From contig CAZXZI010000001.1 of assembly GCA_964645165.1 (NCBI GenBank), positions 1,477 to 65,476 of the forward strand: 64,000 bases of DNA, given 5' to 3'. Positions 29,181 to 37,809 of the stretch are shown here, piece after piece. The first letter of the stretch is position 1. Each line of letters starts with the position of its first letter. This DNA is from an uncultured Ectothiorhodospiraceae bacterium (lineage in GTDB: Bacteria > Pseudomonadota > Gammaproteobacteria > SZUA-152). The translations under genes and the position numbers were made by a program. The notes below the pieces were generated by a model. The model saw nothing but the letters and a program-made list of their open reading frames with translations, searched no databases and was not told the origin of the DNA.

Positions 29181-29358
29181 CGCGCCAATCGCTCCTCAAA
29201 CGTTGCTAGTTCATCATCTTTCTACTGCAGCGCCCATAATAGCGCGAACTTGAATGCGGGCGCACTAGCTGTTGGACAACGAGTAACACAGGATATTCAG
29301 TGTGAGCGGGAGTTTCTGGAGCGTGTTTTATGCAGAGAAACAATTCCGGAGGTCGGGC

Positions 29359-30015
29359 TTAGATACTGCTGAGCTCTGGCGCCGCATCAATAATGCCGTA
29401 ATTCATGGCCAGCCGCGCCAAATCAACATCGCTGTCTACGCCCAGCTTTTCGTACAGGCGATGGCGATAAGTGCTCACTGTTTTGGGGCTCAGACACAGC
29501 TTGTCGGAGATAACCTGCAGACGTTGGCCCTGGGTGAGCATCAACATGACCTGCATCTCACGGGGGGAAAGCGCATCGAAGGGTGTAATCTCACCGCCTG
29601 GAGTCATCTTCAACGCCAGCTTTTGTGCAACCTCGGCACCGATGTAGCGATCACCCACCGATACGGCCTTGATGGCTGTAACAATTTCGTCCACCGCACA
29701 GCCTTTCGTGAGATAACCGCTAGCGCCCGCCTGCAGCATGCGGCTGGGAAAGGGTTCTTCCGAATGCACGGAGACCACAATAATTTTTAATGCTGAGTTT
29801 GATTGGAGTAACTTACGCGTGGCTTCCATACCGCCAATGCCCGGCATACTGACATCCATGAGCAGAACATCAGGTATTTTTTTGCGCACCAAGACCAGCG
29901 CCTCTTCACCGCTGGCGGCTTCCCCCACCACGCGAATTCCTGGTGCGTCGTTCAAAATGCGCGTAATACCTGTGCGCACTAATTCGTGGTCATCAACGAC
30001 CATGACTCTAATCAT
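29359..30015 (-). CDS. gacA: GacA/UvrY-type response regulator (NarL/FixJ family)
   Basis: MIRVMVVDDHELVRTGITRIL...PDVLLMDVSMPGIGGMEATRKLL...LSPREMQVMLMLTQGQ...ISDKLCLSPKTVSTYRHRLYEKLG is nearly collinear with Pseudomonas GacA / E. coli UvrY. No sensor kinase or uvrC adjacent. Confidence 0.8.
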   Translation of the reverse strand: MIRVMVVDDHELVRTGITRILNDAPGIRVVGEAASGEEALVLVRKKIPDVLLMDVSMPGIGGMEATRKLLQSNSALKIIVVSVHSEEPFPSRMLQAGASGYLTKGCAVDEIVTAIKAVSVGDRYIGAEVAQKLALKMTPGGEITPFDALSPREMQVMLMLTQGQRLQVISDKLCLSPKTVSTYRHRLYEKLGVDSDVDLARLAMNYGIIDAAPELSSI

Positions 30016-30258
30016 GAATAGCCATTACCCCCTAAAACTCGTAACCCACTCACGTTTTCCTGTGAGCTAGTCAGCCCACTTCAAAACATGTCACAGGACA
30101 TGTTGAACACTTCCTACAACAGTGTAGGAAAATGACTACATTATGCAAGTATTTCGAGGAGGTATTATTACCACATCAGCTAACCTGATACGGGCATCAG
30201 CTCATTTAAAATCTTTCTAGGGAAAGTGTAGAGTGGCAAAAAACAGGTCTAACGATAA

Positions 30259-30936
30259 TTATCTGTTCTCAAATATGCCATTGGCATATTGCAATCGTTC
30301 CTTGGTGCCTACGTCCACCCACAACCCCTGATGCAATTGACCACTCACTTGACCTTGTTGCATGGCCTGAATTAATAAAGGTGCAAGCGCAAACTTGCCA
30401 TTGTCACAGTTCGAAAACAACTGCGGTCGATAGATACCGATGCCGCCGAAGGTCAATCTCGATTTTCCTTCGTTATGGATGCTGCCATCGGCCAAAACAA
30501 AATCCCCCTGGAGATGATGGGTAGGGTTGGGCACCATCAGTAAATGCGCTAGGCCGTCAATTTGCGTGGGAAGCCGTCCGAACTCCACATCCGTTAGTAT
30601 GTCTGCATTCACCACCAGAAAGGCATCGTCTCCCGATTGGGCCCTTAACAGTGGCAACGCGCGAAAAATACCACCGCCGGTTTCTAAGGCATGATCACCT
30701 TCCGGGGAGTACACGATGTTTACCGCAAATTGTGAACCGTCACCGAGATACGCTTCGATCTGCTCCCCCAACCAGGCGTGATTGATCACCAGTTCGGTAA
30801 AGCCAGCAGCTTGCAATGCTTCGACTTGCCACTGGATCAGCGGTTTTCCGGCCACCATTAATAGAGGTTTCGGTATTTCATCAGTGAGTGGACGCATGCG
30901 TTCACCACGACCGGCGGCGAGGATCATTACTTTCAT
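30259..30936 (-). CDS. murU: N-acetylmuramate alpha-1-phosphate uridylyltransferase (nucleotidyltransferase)
   Basis: MKVMILAAGRGERMRPLTDEIPKPLL is the sugar-phosphate nucleotidyltransferase G-rich loop. 225 aa. Immediately downstream of the amgK-like kinase, as in the Pseudomonas cell-wall recycling bypass. Confidence 0.7.
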   Translation of the reverse strand: MKVMILAAGRGERMRPLTDEIPKPLLMVAGKPLIQWQVEALQAAGFTELVINHAWLGEQIEAYLGDGSQFAVNIVYSPEGDHALETGGGIFRALPLLRAQSGDDAFLVVNADILTDVEFGRLPTQIDGLAHLLMVPNPTHHLQGDFVLADGSIHNEGKSRLTFGGIGIYRPQLFSNCDNGKFALAPLLIQAMQQGQVSGQLHQGLWVDVGTKERLQYANGIFENR

Positions 30937-30981
30937 GAGAACGCAGAGTAAAGGGAAAAGGGGGTATGGGAAAGAGGAAAG

Positions 30982-32010
30982 TTATTCTGCGAGATTTGCC
31001 AATAGTGCGTGCAAGCCTTTCAGCTCCGGATATCGTGCTGAAACATCGCGCACGTAATCCAGCGTGCGGGGAATATCGGCCTGGTAACCCGGCTTGTTAT
31101 CACGCAGATGCAGGCGCGCGAAAATACCGGTGGCCTTAAGGTGGCGCTGCACGCCCATCCAGTCAAACCAGCGAAGATACGTGGCGTCAGATTCGTGAGC
31201 AATTAAACCAACATCGGCGATGCGATGTAAATATTCCAGCGCCCACTGTTCTACCTGCGGACGCGGCCAGTCGATATAACAATCTCGCAACAACGAAACT
31301 AAATCATAGGTCACCGGACCCAACACGGCGTCCTGAAAATCCAAAATACCGGGGTTGTGTTCTGTAGTTAGCATTAGGTTTCGCGAATGATAATCACGAT
31401 GCACAAAGACTTTTGGTTGAGCCAAGGCAGTTTCACTGAGTTGTTGAAAAACATCATTGAGCGCCATCTGTTGGGAATCCGAAAAAACAAAGTCGCGATA
31501 CTGCAAGCAGTACCAATCCCGAAACAGTGCCATTTCATTTATCAGCAGCGCTTTATCATAAGCAGGCAAACTAGCGGCCTTCGACGTAGCATTGCGCTGC
31601 ATCAACAACAAGGCATCCAGAGCATCTGCGTATAACGACTCAACGGTGTTTTCATTCAACGCGTCAAGATAGGCCTGCACACCGAGATCACTCAACAATA
31701 AAAACCCTTGTTCGAGGTCTTTTGCCAACACCCTCGGCACATTGAGGCCGGCTTCTGCCAGCAGGCTGGAGATCATCACGAAAGGGTGGGAGTCTTCTTT
31801 CTCCGGAGGGGCGTCCATGACAATCAGACTCTCCCCCTCTCCGCCAAAACCACGAATAACCGCAGAACCGGTGACCCGAAAGTAACGACGAAAGCTGGCA
31901 TCTGCCGAGGCAGGTGAAACCTGAAAATCAGGAGATTGCGGAGTTCCATCCGTTGCATTGCACAACACATCACGCAACCAGGTTGTTAGTGCTTCTAAAC
32001 GCTCAGGCAT
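30982..32010 (-). CDS. amgK: Anomeric MurNAc/GlcNAc kinase (aminoglycoside-phosphotransferase fold)
   Basis: APH-type catalytic loop VFVHRDYHSRNLML and D-x-Q motif ILDFQDAVLG. 342 aa. Paired with murU. Confidence 0.7.
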   Translation of the reverse strand: MPERLEALTTWLRDVLCNATDGTPQSPDFQVSPASADASFRRYFRVTGSAVIRGFGGEGESLIVMDAPPEKEDSHPFVMISSLLAEAGLNVPRVLAKDLEQGFLLLSDLGVQAYLDALNENTVESLYADALDALLLMQRNATSKAASLPAYDKALLINEMALFRDWYCLQYRDFVFSDSQQMALNDVFQQLSETALAQPKVFVHRDYHSRNLMLTTEHNPGILDFQDAVLGPVTYDLVSLLRDCYIDWPRPQVEQWALEYLHRIADVGLIAHESDATYLRWFDWMGVQRHLKATGIFARLHLRDNKPGYQADIPRTLDYVRDVSARYPELKGLHALLANLAE

Positions 32011-32107
32011 TGATTAACCCACAACACTCGAATCATGCTGCGCATCGAAACACGGTGCCTTTATGAATGCAAGAAGGTGGACACACATCGCCAAGGCCGA
32101 TGAAAGA

Positions 32108-33436
32108 TCAGAATGACCAGCTAACGCCCAGCTTGGTAACTGAGCGATCATAAATTTTTCGGTCGATGTTGGAATCATTATTGGTGTAGATTTGCTGCGC
32201 ATTCACTTCCCAGCGACGGGCAAATCTCCGGCTGACCCGTGCAGACAAGCGAACCTGATTATCCACTCTGCGAACAAGGATCGACCCCGCCAACTCATTA
32301 GGATCATTGTAGCGACCGTAACGATAGCGCGCATCTAGACGGGCATGCCAATGATTTCCCAAACCCCACCAGCCTGTCGCACGCAAAGTCTGGCGCATTG
32401 GTGAATAACTGATAAATGGATCGACCGTACCGATACTACGATCATTGCGGTTGTTCAATTCCAGCTGGTAGTAATAACGCGCGCGGTATTCACCGAAACG
32501 TTGCTGCAGCCCGGCGCGCAGCTGGTAACGCCAGCCATCAAGATAATCAAAGGCCGCATCCGTGGCCTGAATGCGGCTTAATTTAAACCGTAAGCGCAAC
32601 TGGTTTTTTTCTGACAGTGGGTTCCGACTACGCACATCGGCACTAACAATGCGTTGATACTCACTTCCATTAAAGTAGATTTCATCCCAACTACCACCAA
32701 TCCGGATTTTCCAGTCACTCAACCGATCGTATCTCATCACCCGGGCACTTAGCTGACTATAATCATTTTGACTGAGCGTACTGTATTTTTGCAGGTTCGC
32801 ACCTAATGACATGCGGACGCCATTACTCATACCGCCCTTCAACCAATGTCCAGCGGATGCCGAAATATCAACCACCGTATCACTTTGATTTGTGACGCCC
32901 TGCAGGCCATCATTGACTAATGCAACATTACTATCATGCGCCAGGGTGCTGGACACAAAGCCCGTCCACGCGGGGTTAAACCGTCGCGTCTTTTTCGCCG
33001 AAACACCCAGTCGTTTTAAAGCTACTCCAGCCAAGCGTTGAATTTTTTTACTACTAACATCACGATAAGCACGCTGAAACCAACGAATCGCCGTACGCTC
33101 ATCTTTTTGTTTGTTCGCAATCAGACCCAGATTAAAATAGGCCACCTGTTCAAAGGTAGACACATCCGTCAGTCCTAAAAATATCTTACGTGCCGCCTCG
33201 TACTGCTGAAGCTTGTAGTAACTGACTGCCGTATTGTACTTAAGGGCAGCCGTTCCTAGGCCTGCCTTTTTAGCCTTCTGAAACAGCTGCAATGCAGCGG
33301 AATAATCTCCCTGGGCAGAAGCTTGCATGCCCGCTTTAAAGTAATCCTGGTCGACGTCTGCATGCGCATTAGTTAACGCCAGCAAAACAAACATTGCACC
33401 TAATGCGACAATATTATTTTTCAAATTCAATACCAT
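32108..33436 (-). CDS. Outer-membrane protein with an N-terminal TPR region and a C-terminal beta-barrel of about 280 aa (Slam/DUF560-like architecture); assignment tentative
   Basis: Signal peptide MVLNLKNNIVALGAMFVLLALTNAHA (start at internal ATG; track ORF begins at 33460). TPR-like helices AALQLFQKAKKAG...AVSYYKLQQYEAARKIF...AYFNLGLIANK. The C-terminal half has alternating amphipathic strands ending ...KLGVSWSF, with a terminal aromatic. Confidence 0.5.
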   Translation of the reverse strand: MVLNLKNNIVALGAMFVLLALTNAHADVDQDYFKAGMQASAQGDYSAALQLFQKAKKAGLGTAALKYNTAVSYYKLQQYEAARKIFLGLTDVSTFEQVAYFNLGLIANKQKDERTAIRWFQRAYRDVSSKKIQRLAGVALKRLGVSAKKTRRFNPAWTGFVSSTLAHDSNVALVNDGLQGVTNQSDTVVDISASAGHWLKGGMSNGVRMSLGANLQKYSTLSQNDYSQLSARVMRYDRLSDWKIRIGGSWDEIYFNGSEYQRIVSADVRSRNPLSEKNQLRLRFKLSRIQATDAAFDYLDGWRYQLRAGLQQRFGEYRARYYYQLELNNRNDRSIGTVDPFISYSPMRQTLRATGWWGLGNHWHARLDARYRYGRYNDPNELAGSILVRRVDNQVRLSARVSRRFARRWEVNAQQIYTNNDSNIDRKIYDRSVTKLGVSWSF

Positions 33437-33555
33437 TTTTAAATGTCTCCAACCGGGCATTCTTCATAACCAGGCGGGGAGTTTACACAAGACAACACAA
33501 TGATTCATCCCATCAGATCAGAGCACAAGTCGACGAAATATTAAATTCACTATCA

Positions 33556-33596
33556 ACACAACAAAAAATCCCTCTCTTGAAACAAGAGAGGGATTA
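33556..33596 (-). terminator. Rho-independent terminator (perfect 11-bp stem, 3-nt loop, U-tract on the minus strand)
   Basis: aaaaaaTCCCTCTCTTGaaaCAAGAGAGGGAttaatg. On the minus strand the hairpin is followed by ttttttgttgtg. It sits between the acidic-protein gene and the TPR-barrel OMP gene. Confidence 0.8.
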
Positions 33597-33633
33597 ATGA
33601 TGTTATTACTTAGTTTAATAAGGCGATAGCAAA

Positions 33634-34056
33634 CTAGATATTGCTAGCTGGGTCACCCCCATCAATGCCGCCATCATCCTTATTCTCATGCTCATCCTCA
33701 TGATTTTCTTCCTCATGAGCTTCGTCATGCTCTGCGTTAATATCGTCGTCATCTTCATGCGCATTATCGTGATCATCGATTTCATCTTCATGTTCATCAC
33801 GAACATCTTCTTCATGTTCTTTGTTGCGTGCTTCGTTGGCTTGAGTCAGACCGCGGCCATCCTCGTCTTCCGCATGTTCCCGCGCTGTATCAGAAGCAGC
33901 ATCTGGCAAGCTCAACTCATTGTGCATATCTGTCAGGTCATCTGAGTCCACCATACGAATGGTGATATCAAGATCATCCATCTCTGCACCAAAGCTAACG
34001 CCTGCGGACAAGAAAAAAACAACCGTGGCAATAATGCTTGTCTGTACCATCTTCAT
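33634..34056 (-). CDS. Secreted, extremely acidic His/Asp/Glu-rich protein; candidate periplasmic metal-binding protein
   Basis: Signal peptide MKMVQTSIIATVVFFLSAGVSFGA. The mature part is dominated by E/D/H: ...EHEEDVRDEHEDEIDDHDNAHEDDDDINAEHDEAHEEENHEDEHENKDDGG. No Cys, no lipobox. Confidence 0.55.
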   Translation of the reverse strand: MKMVQTSIIATVVFFLSAGVSFGAEMDDLDITIRMVDSDDLTDMHNELSLPDAASDTAREHAEDEDGRGLTQANEARNKEHEEDVRDEHEDEIDDHDNAHEDDDDINAEHDEAHEEENHEDEHENKDDGGIDGGDPASNI

Positions 34057-34093
34057 AACCTCTACTCCTAATTAAAACTTAATTAAAACTTAC

Positions 34094-34840
34094 TTACCCA
34101 ACAAATGACTTACTTTGACCCTTCTTCCGTGAGGCTCCTGCAGCGCTGGTTTCAAGATTCAGCTTCAGGGTTTTCACCTGGCCTGCATATTCAATATCAG
34201 CAACCAATTCGCCGCTGGCCACCTGCGTTGCCATAATCGGCAGGCTCAACAGGTTGTCACCTTTTTTAAGGTTCGTTTCCCAACTCAACTGACGGCGGCC
34301 GGGATAACCCACCAAGGCCACATTCTCAGGCAGGTGAATGGTAATTTTGGCGCCTTTCAATGCTTCGCCAGAGGCGAAGGCCAGTTTGATGGTTTGTTGT
34401 GCATTCAGCGCGATCGAAAGCGAAGGCTGTTTTGCTTCAGCGCTAGCCACCGTCTGTTCAGGTGCACTTCTTCCAGCCACATTGTCAACCGTCGGCAACG
34501 CATCTGGCGACATACCCACCACAACCCACATTGCTAATGCTGCAGCAGCCGCGCTACCAAAACCCACCACAAATCCCTGGAGATGATGATTTTGCTGCTG
34601 GGAGACATTCCGATTGGCAGCATCTTTGAAGGTATTCGCCAACACGCGATCCGCAAAACCTGCCGGAGGCGTTGCTACCGGCATGGCTCGCAAGCTCTCC
34701 AGCATGCACATTTCTGAGTCGTACACGGCCTGACACGCTGCGCACGACGCCCGGTGGGTATCAAATGCGGCCTGCTCAGACACGTCCAATTCCTGGTCGC
34801 TGCCGTGGGTCAAATTATTGTTAAATTCAGTACAATTCAT
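34094..34840 (-). CDS. Membrane-spanning anti-sigma factor with N-terminal zinc-binding (ZAS, HxxxCxxC) motif
   Basis: FDTHRASCAACQAVYD has the H-x3-C-x2-C motif of ZAS anti-sigma factors. Central TM GFVVGFGSAAAAALAMWVVVG. C-terminal periplasmic domain. Directly downstream of the ECF sigma gene. Confidence 0.6.
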   Translation of the reverse strand: MNCTEFNNNLTHGSDQELDVSEQAAFDTHRASCAACQAVYDSEMCMLESLRAMPVATPPAGFADRVLANTFKDAANRNVSQQQNHHLQGFVVGFGSAAAAALAMWVVVGMSPDALPTVDNVAGRSAPEQTVASAEAKQPSLSIALNAQQTIKLAFASGEALKGAKITIHLPENVALVGYPGRRQLSWETNLKKGDNLLSLPIMATQVASGELVADIEYAGQVKTLKLNLETSAAGASRKKGQSKSFVG

Positions 34841-34913
34841 GATGTTTGCCTTCTTGATCTATAACACGCTTTATGAGCTGAAAGTGTTCCCATTTGGGAG
34901 ATTTTCTTCAAAA

Positions 34914-35474
34914 TCAGGGTTTCACGGCGTCTGCGTCAAGGATTTTACGCATTCGAGCCCGAGCACGATGAATACGTGATTTCAGGGTGCCCACCGGCAC
35001 GTCCAGCATCTGCTGAAGCTCCACCAGCCGATAGCCTTCGATATCGTGCAGAGTCAGCAATACCCGATGGTCATCCGACATTCGCTGAAAAGCGGCCTGC
35101 ATGCGCTCAATGCGTTGATCCTCTGCTAATTCGTGATCCGGTGATTCCACAGTACTACCCGCCGTTTCGTAAAAAGCCACTTCGTCGTCGATGAATTCCA
35201 GCGGTGAGCGCTTTTGTCGACGTGTACCATCCACAAACATGCGGTACAGAGACGTCACCAGCCACGGACGTAGCTTCTCAACCACCTCAAGCTCGGCGCT
35301 GCGGGGAAACAGTTTGAGGAACAAGTCCTGCACCAGATCCTCCGCGTCTTCCGGATTGCCACAGAAACGGTAAGCGAGACGATACAGGTAGGTGATGTGG
35401 GGACGCACCAACGCGTCAAAACGCGCAGCCGAGCCTTTTTCAGATTTTTTAGCAGGGAATATCTTCATTACCAC
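34914..35474 (-). CDS. ECF-subfamily RNA polymerase sigma factor
   Basis: Region 2 PEDAEDLVQDLFLKLF. Region 4 HTH LTLHDIEGYRLVELQQMLDVPVGTLKSRIHRAR. Confidence 0.8.
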   Translation of the reverse strand: MVMKIFPAKKSEKGSAARFDALVRPHITYLYRLAYRFCGNPEDAEDLVQDLFLKLFPRSAELEVVEKLRPWLVTSLYRMFVDGTRRQKRSPLEFIDDEVAFYETAGSTVESPDHELAEDQRIERMQAAFQRMSDDHRVLLTLHDIEGYRLVELQQMLDVPVGTLKSRIHRARARMRKILDADAVKP

Positions 35475-35733
35475 GGAAGACTATAGAAAGCGGGAGTCCT
35501 TGGACAGCGAATTATAAATAATTTTTCTTTACTATTAATGAGTTACCAGCGCTGAAAAAGCGCAAGACGAGCGCCCAAGTCGAGTTTCTCCAGCAGGGAG
35601 AAAGACGACAGTCTGTAGTAAAAGGTTCCCAGACCAAAGCACAAAACACGCACCAGCCCTCACCGAATACCCCCTGCAACCTAGACTTGGCTTCATCGCG
35701 GTAGGGCGCTACAGTTGAAGCATCCACAAAAAA

Positions 35734-36873
35734 TTGAGCGAACGCATGTTTCACCATCAAGACACATTAGAGCGCCTTAACGACAATATCCCCTTGGGCG
35801 AAAAACTCGCAAGCGTGCATCGTGCCATCAAAGCGCAGTTTACTTTTGTCGACCGTATCGCGGTGGCAATTTATGACCACAAAACTGACATGCTGAAAAC
35901 CTATGTGCACAGTAGTGGTGGCGAAAGCCCCTTGCGACATTACCAGGCTGCCTTGAGCAATGCACCCTCGTTACTGGAAATCATCAAGCAGCGTAAACCG
36001 CGAGTGGTAAATGACCTGAATATCTTTGCCGATGGAACGCAACTGCATTCCAAAAGCATCAAGCAGCAAGGTTATGCCTCCAGCTACACACTGCCCATGT
36101 TTTTGAACGACACTTTTTTTGGCTTTGTGTTTTTTAATTCCAACCAGAAAGAGGCCTTTAACGAAGCTGCGCTGCACTATTTCGACATCATCGGCCACCT
36201 GATTTCACTGCTGATCATCAATGAGCAAAGCTCTGTACGCACCCTGCTGGCTACAGTAAAAACTGCACACGACATGACCCATCATCGGGACTCGGAGACC
36301 GGTGCGCACATCGACCGCATGTCACGCTACTCTCGCCTGATTGCGGTGCATATTGCCGATGACTACGATTTGGATGATGAATACATCGAGAATGTCTTTT
36401 TATTCTCCCCCCTGCACGATATCGGCAAAATCGCCATCACTGATAATATTTTGCAAAAAAAGGGCAAGCTCACCGAGTCCGAAACCGAAATTATGCGCAC
36501 CCACGCACACAAGGGTTGCGAGATCATCGACAGCATGCTGAAAGACCACGGCCTGGACAGCTTTGAAAATATCAACATCCTGCGCAACATCGCCGAATAC
36601 CATCACGAGGCCGTTAACGGCACTGGCTATCCTCGGGGATTGCAGGGGGCAGAAATTCCATTGGAGGCGCGCATCGTCGCCGTGGCCGATGTATTCGATG
36701 CCCTCACCAGCAAACGACCTTACAAAGAGGCCTGGAGCAATCATGATGCCTACGCGATGCTACAGCGTCTCGCTGGCGGACAGCTCGACAAAGAGTGTGT
36801 TGATGCGCTGATTGCCAACAAAGAGCAGGTGGAAAAAATCCAACACGAGTTTGCTGAAGACCCCCTCGGCTAA
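35734..36873 (+). CDS. HD-GYP domain c-di-GMP phosphodiesterase with N-terminal GAF-like domain
   Basis: HD motif PLHDIGKIAI. HHE...GTGYPRGL is the GYP motif. VAVADVFDALTSKRPYK. Confidence 0.8.
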   Translation: MSERMFHHQDTLERLNDNIPLGEKLASVHRAIKAQFTFVDRIAVAIYDHKTDMLKTYVHSSGGESPLRHYQAALSNAPSLLEIIKQRKPRVVNDLNIFADGTQLHSKSIKQQGYASSYTLPMFLNDTFFGFVFFNSNQKEAFNEAALHYFDIIGHLISLLIINEQSSVRTLLATVKTAHDMTHHRDSETGAHIDRMSRYSRLIAVHIADDYDLDDEYIENVFLFSPLHDIGKIAITDNILQKKGKLTESETEIMRTHAHKGCEIIDSMLKDHGLDSFENINILRNIAEYHHEAVNGTGYPRGLQGAEIPLEARIVAVADVFDALTSKRPYKEAWSNHDAYAMLQRLAGGQLDKECVDALIANKEQVEKIQHEFAEDPLG

Positions 36874-36881
36874 GCCCTTTC

Positions 36882-37754
36882 ATGGCTTCATCCATTTCAC
36901 GCCAAACGCGTGGAGAACGCGCCGTGCTCATCACCGGTTGCTCCAGCGGCATTGGTTACTGTGTTGCCCACGGACTGAAAACACGCGGCTACACCGTTAT
37001 CGCCAGCGCACGCAAGACGGAAGACGTTTCCCGGCTGCAAACAGAAGGCCTCACCACGATTCAACTTGACCTCGCTGAGCCCGAATCTATCAAACGCGCC
37101 GTGGAAGAAACCCTACAGCTCAGCCACGGAAAGCTGTTTGCGGTGTTTAATAACGGTGCCTACGGGCAACCGGGCGCCGTGGAAGATTTATCGCGCGATA
37201 TATTACGACAACAATTTGAAACCAATTTTTTTGGCGCGGTGGACTTAGCGAATCAAATCATCCCCATTATGCGTAGGCAGGGTTACGGGCGCATTATCCA
37301 AAACAGTTCGGTACTGGGACTCATCACCCTGCCCTACCGTGGCGCATACAACGCTAGCAAATTTGCATTGGAAGGCGTTACCGATACTCTGCGTCAGGAA
37401 TTGACTGGCACCGGAATTAACGTGTCACTGATTGAACCCGGCCCCATTGAAAGCAAATTCCGAAAAAACGCCTTCATCGCCTACCAGCATCACATTGATT
37501 CTGCCAATAGCGCACATCGTAACACCTATCAAAAAATGGAGGCTCGCTTAAGGAAAACCGGCCCCGCTGCACCCTTCACCCTGCCACCGGAGGCCGTACT
37601 GAAAAAAGTGATCCACGCTTTGGAATCATCCCACCCCAGGCCGCGCTATTACGTGACGTTTCCAACTTACTTGTTTGGTATATTGCGACGCCTGTGCAGT
37701 ACTCGTTGGTTGGACAATATTCTCTTAAAAGTCTCCAGGGACGAAAACAAATAA
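36882..37754 (+). CDS. Short-chain dehydrogenase/reductase (SDR) family oxidoreductase
   Basis: TGCSSGIGYCVA is the Rossmann motif TGxxxGIG. NNGAYG. Catalytic YNASK. Confidence 0.8.
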   Translation: MASSISRQTRGERAVLITGCSSGIGYCVAHGLKTRGYTVIASARKTEDVSRLQTEGLTTIQLDLAEPESIKRAVEETLQLSHGKLFAVFNNGAYGQPGAVEDLSRDILRQQFETNFFGAVDLANQIIPIMRRQGYGRIIQNSSVLGLITLPYRGAYNASKFALEGVTDTLRQELTGTGINVSLIEPGPIESKFRKNAFIAYQHHIDSANSAHRNTYQKMEARLRKTGPAAPFTLPPEAVLKKVIHALESSHPRPRYYVTFPTYLFGILRRLCSTRWLDNILLKVSRDENK

Positions 37755-37809
37755 CCTTATCCCACTGTACTGTATCTTTTCTCTTTATCACTTTCCCTTT
37801 ACGCTGCCG

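Noticed and set aside
33615-33945. ORFs MKKMFVMNMKMK... (minus) and MLILMIFFLM... (plus)
   Set aside because: They are alternate-frame translations of the gat/gaa/cat low-complexity DNA encoding the acidic protein. Their Met/Lys or Ile/Phe homopolymer-like composition is not protein-like.
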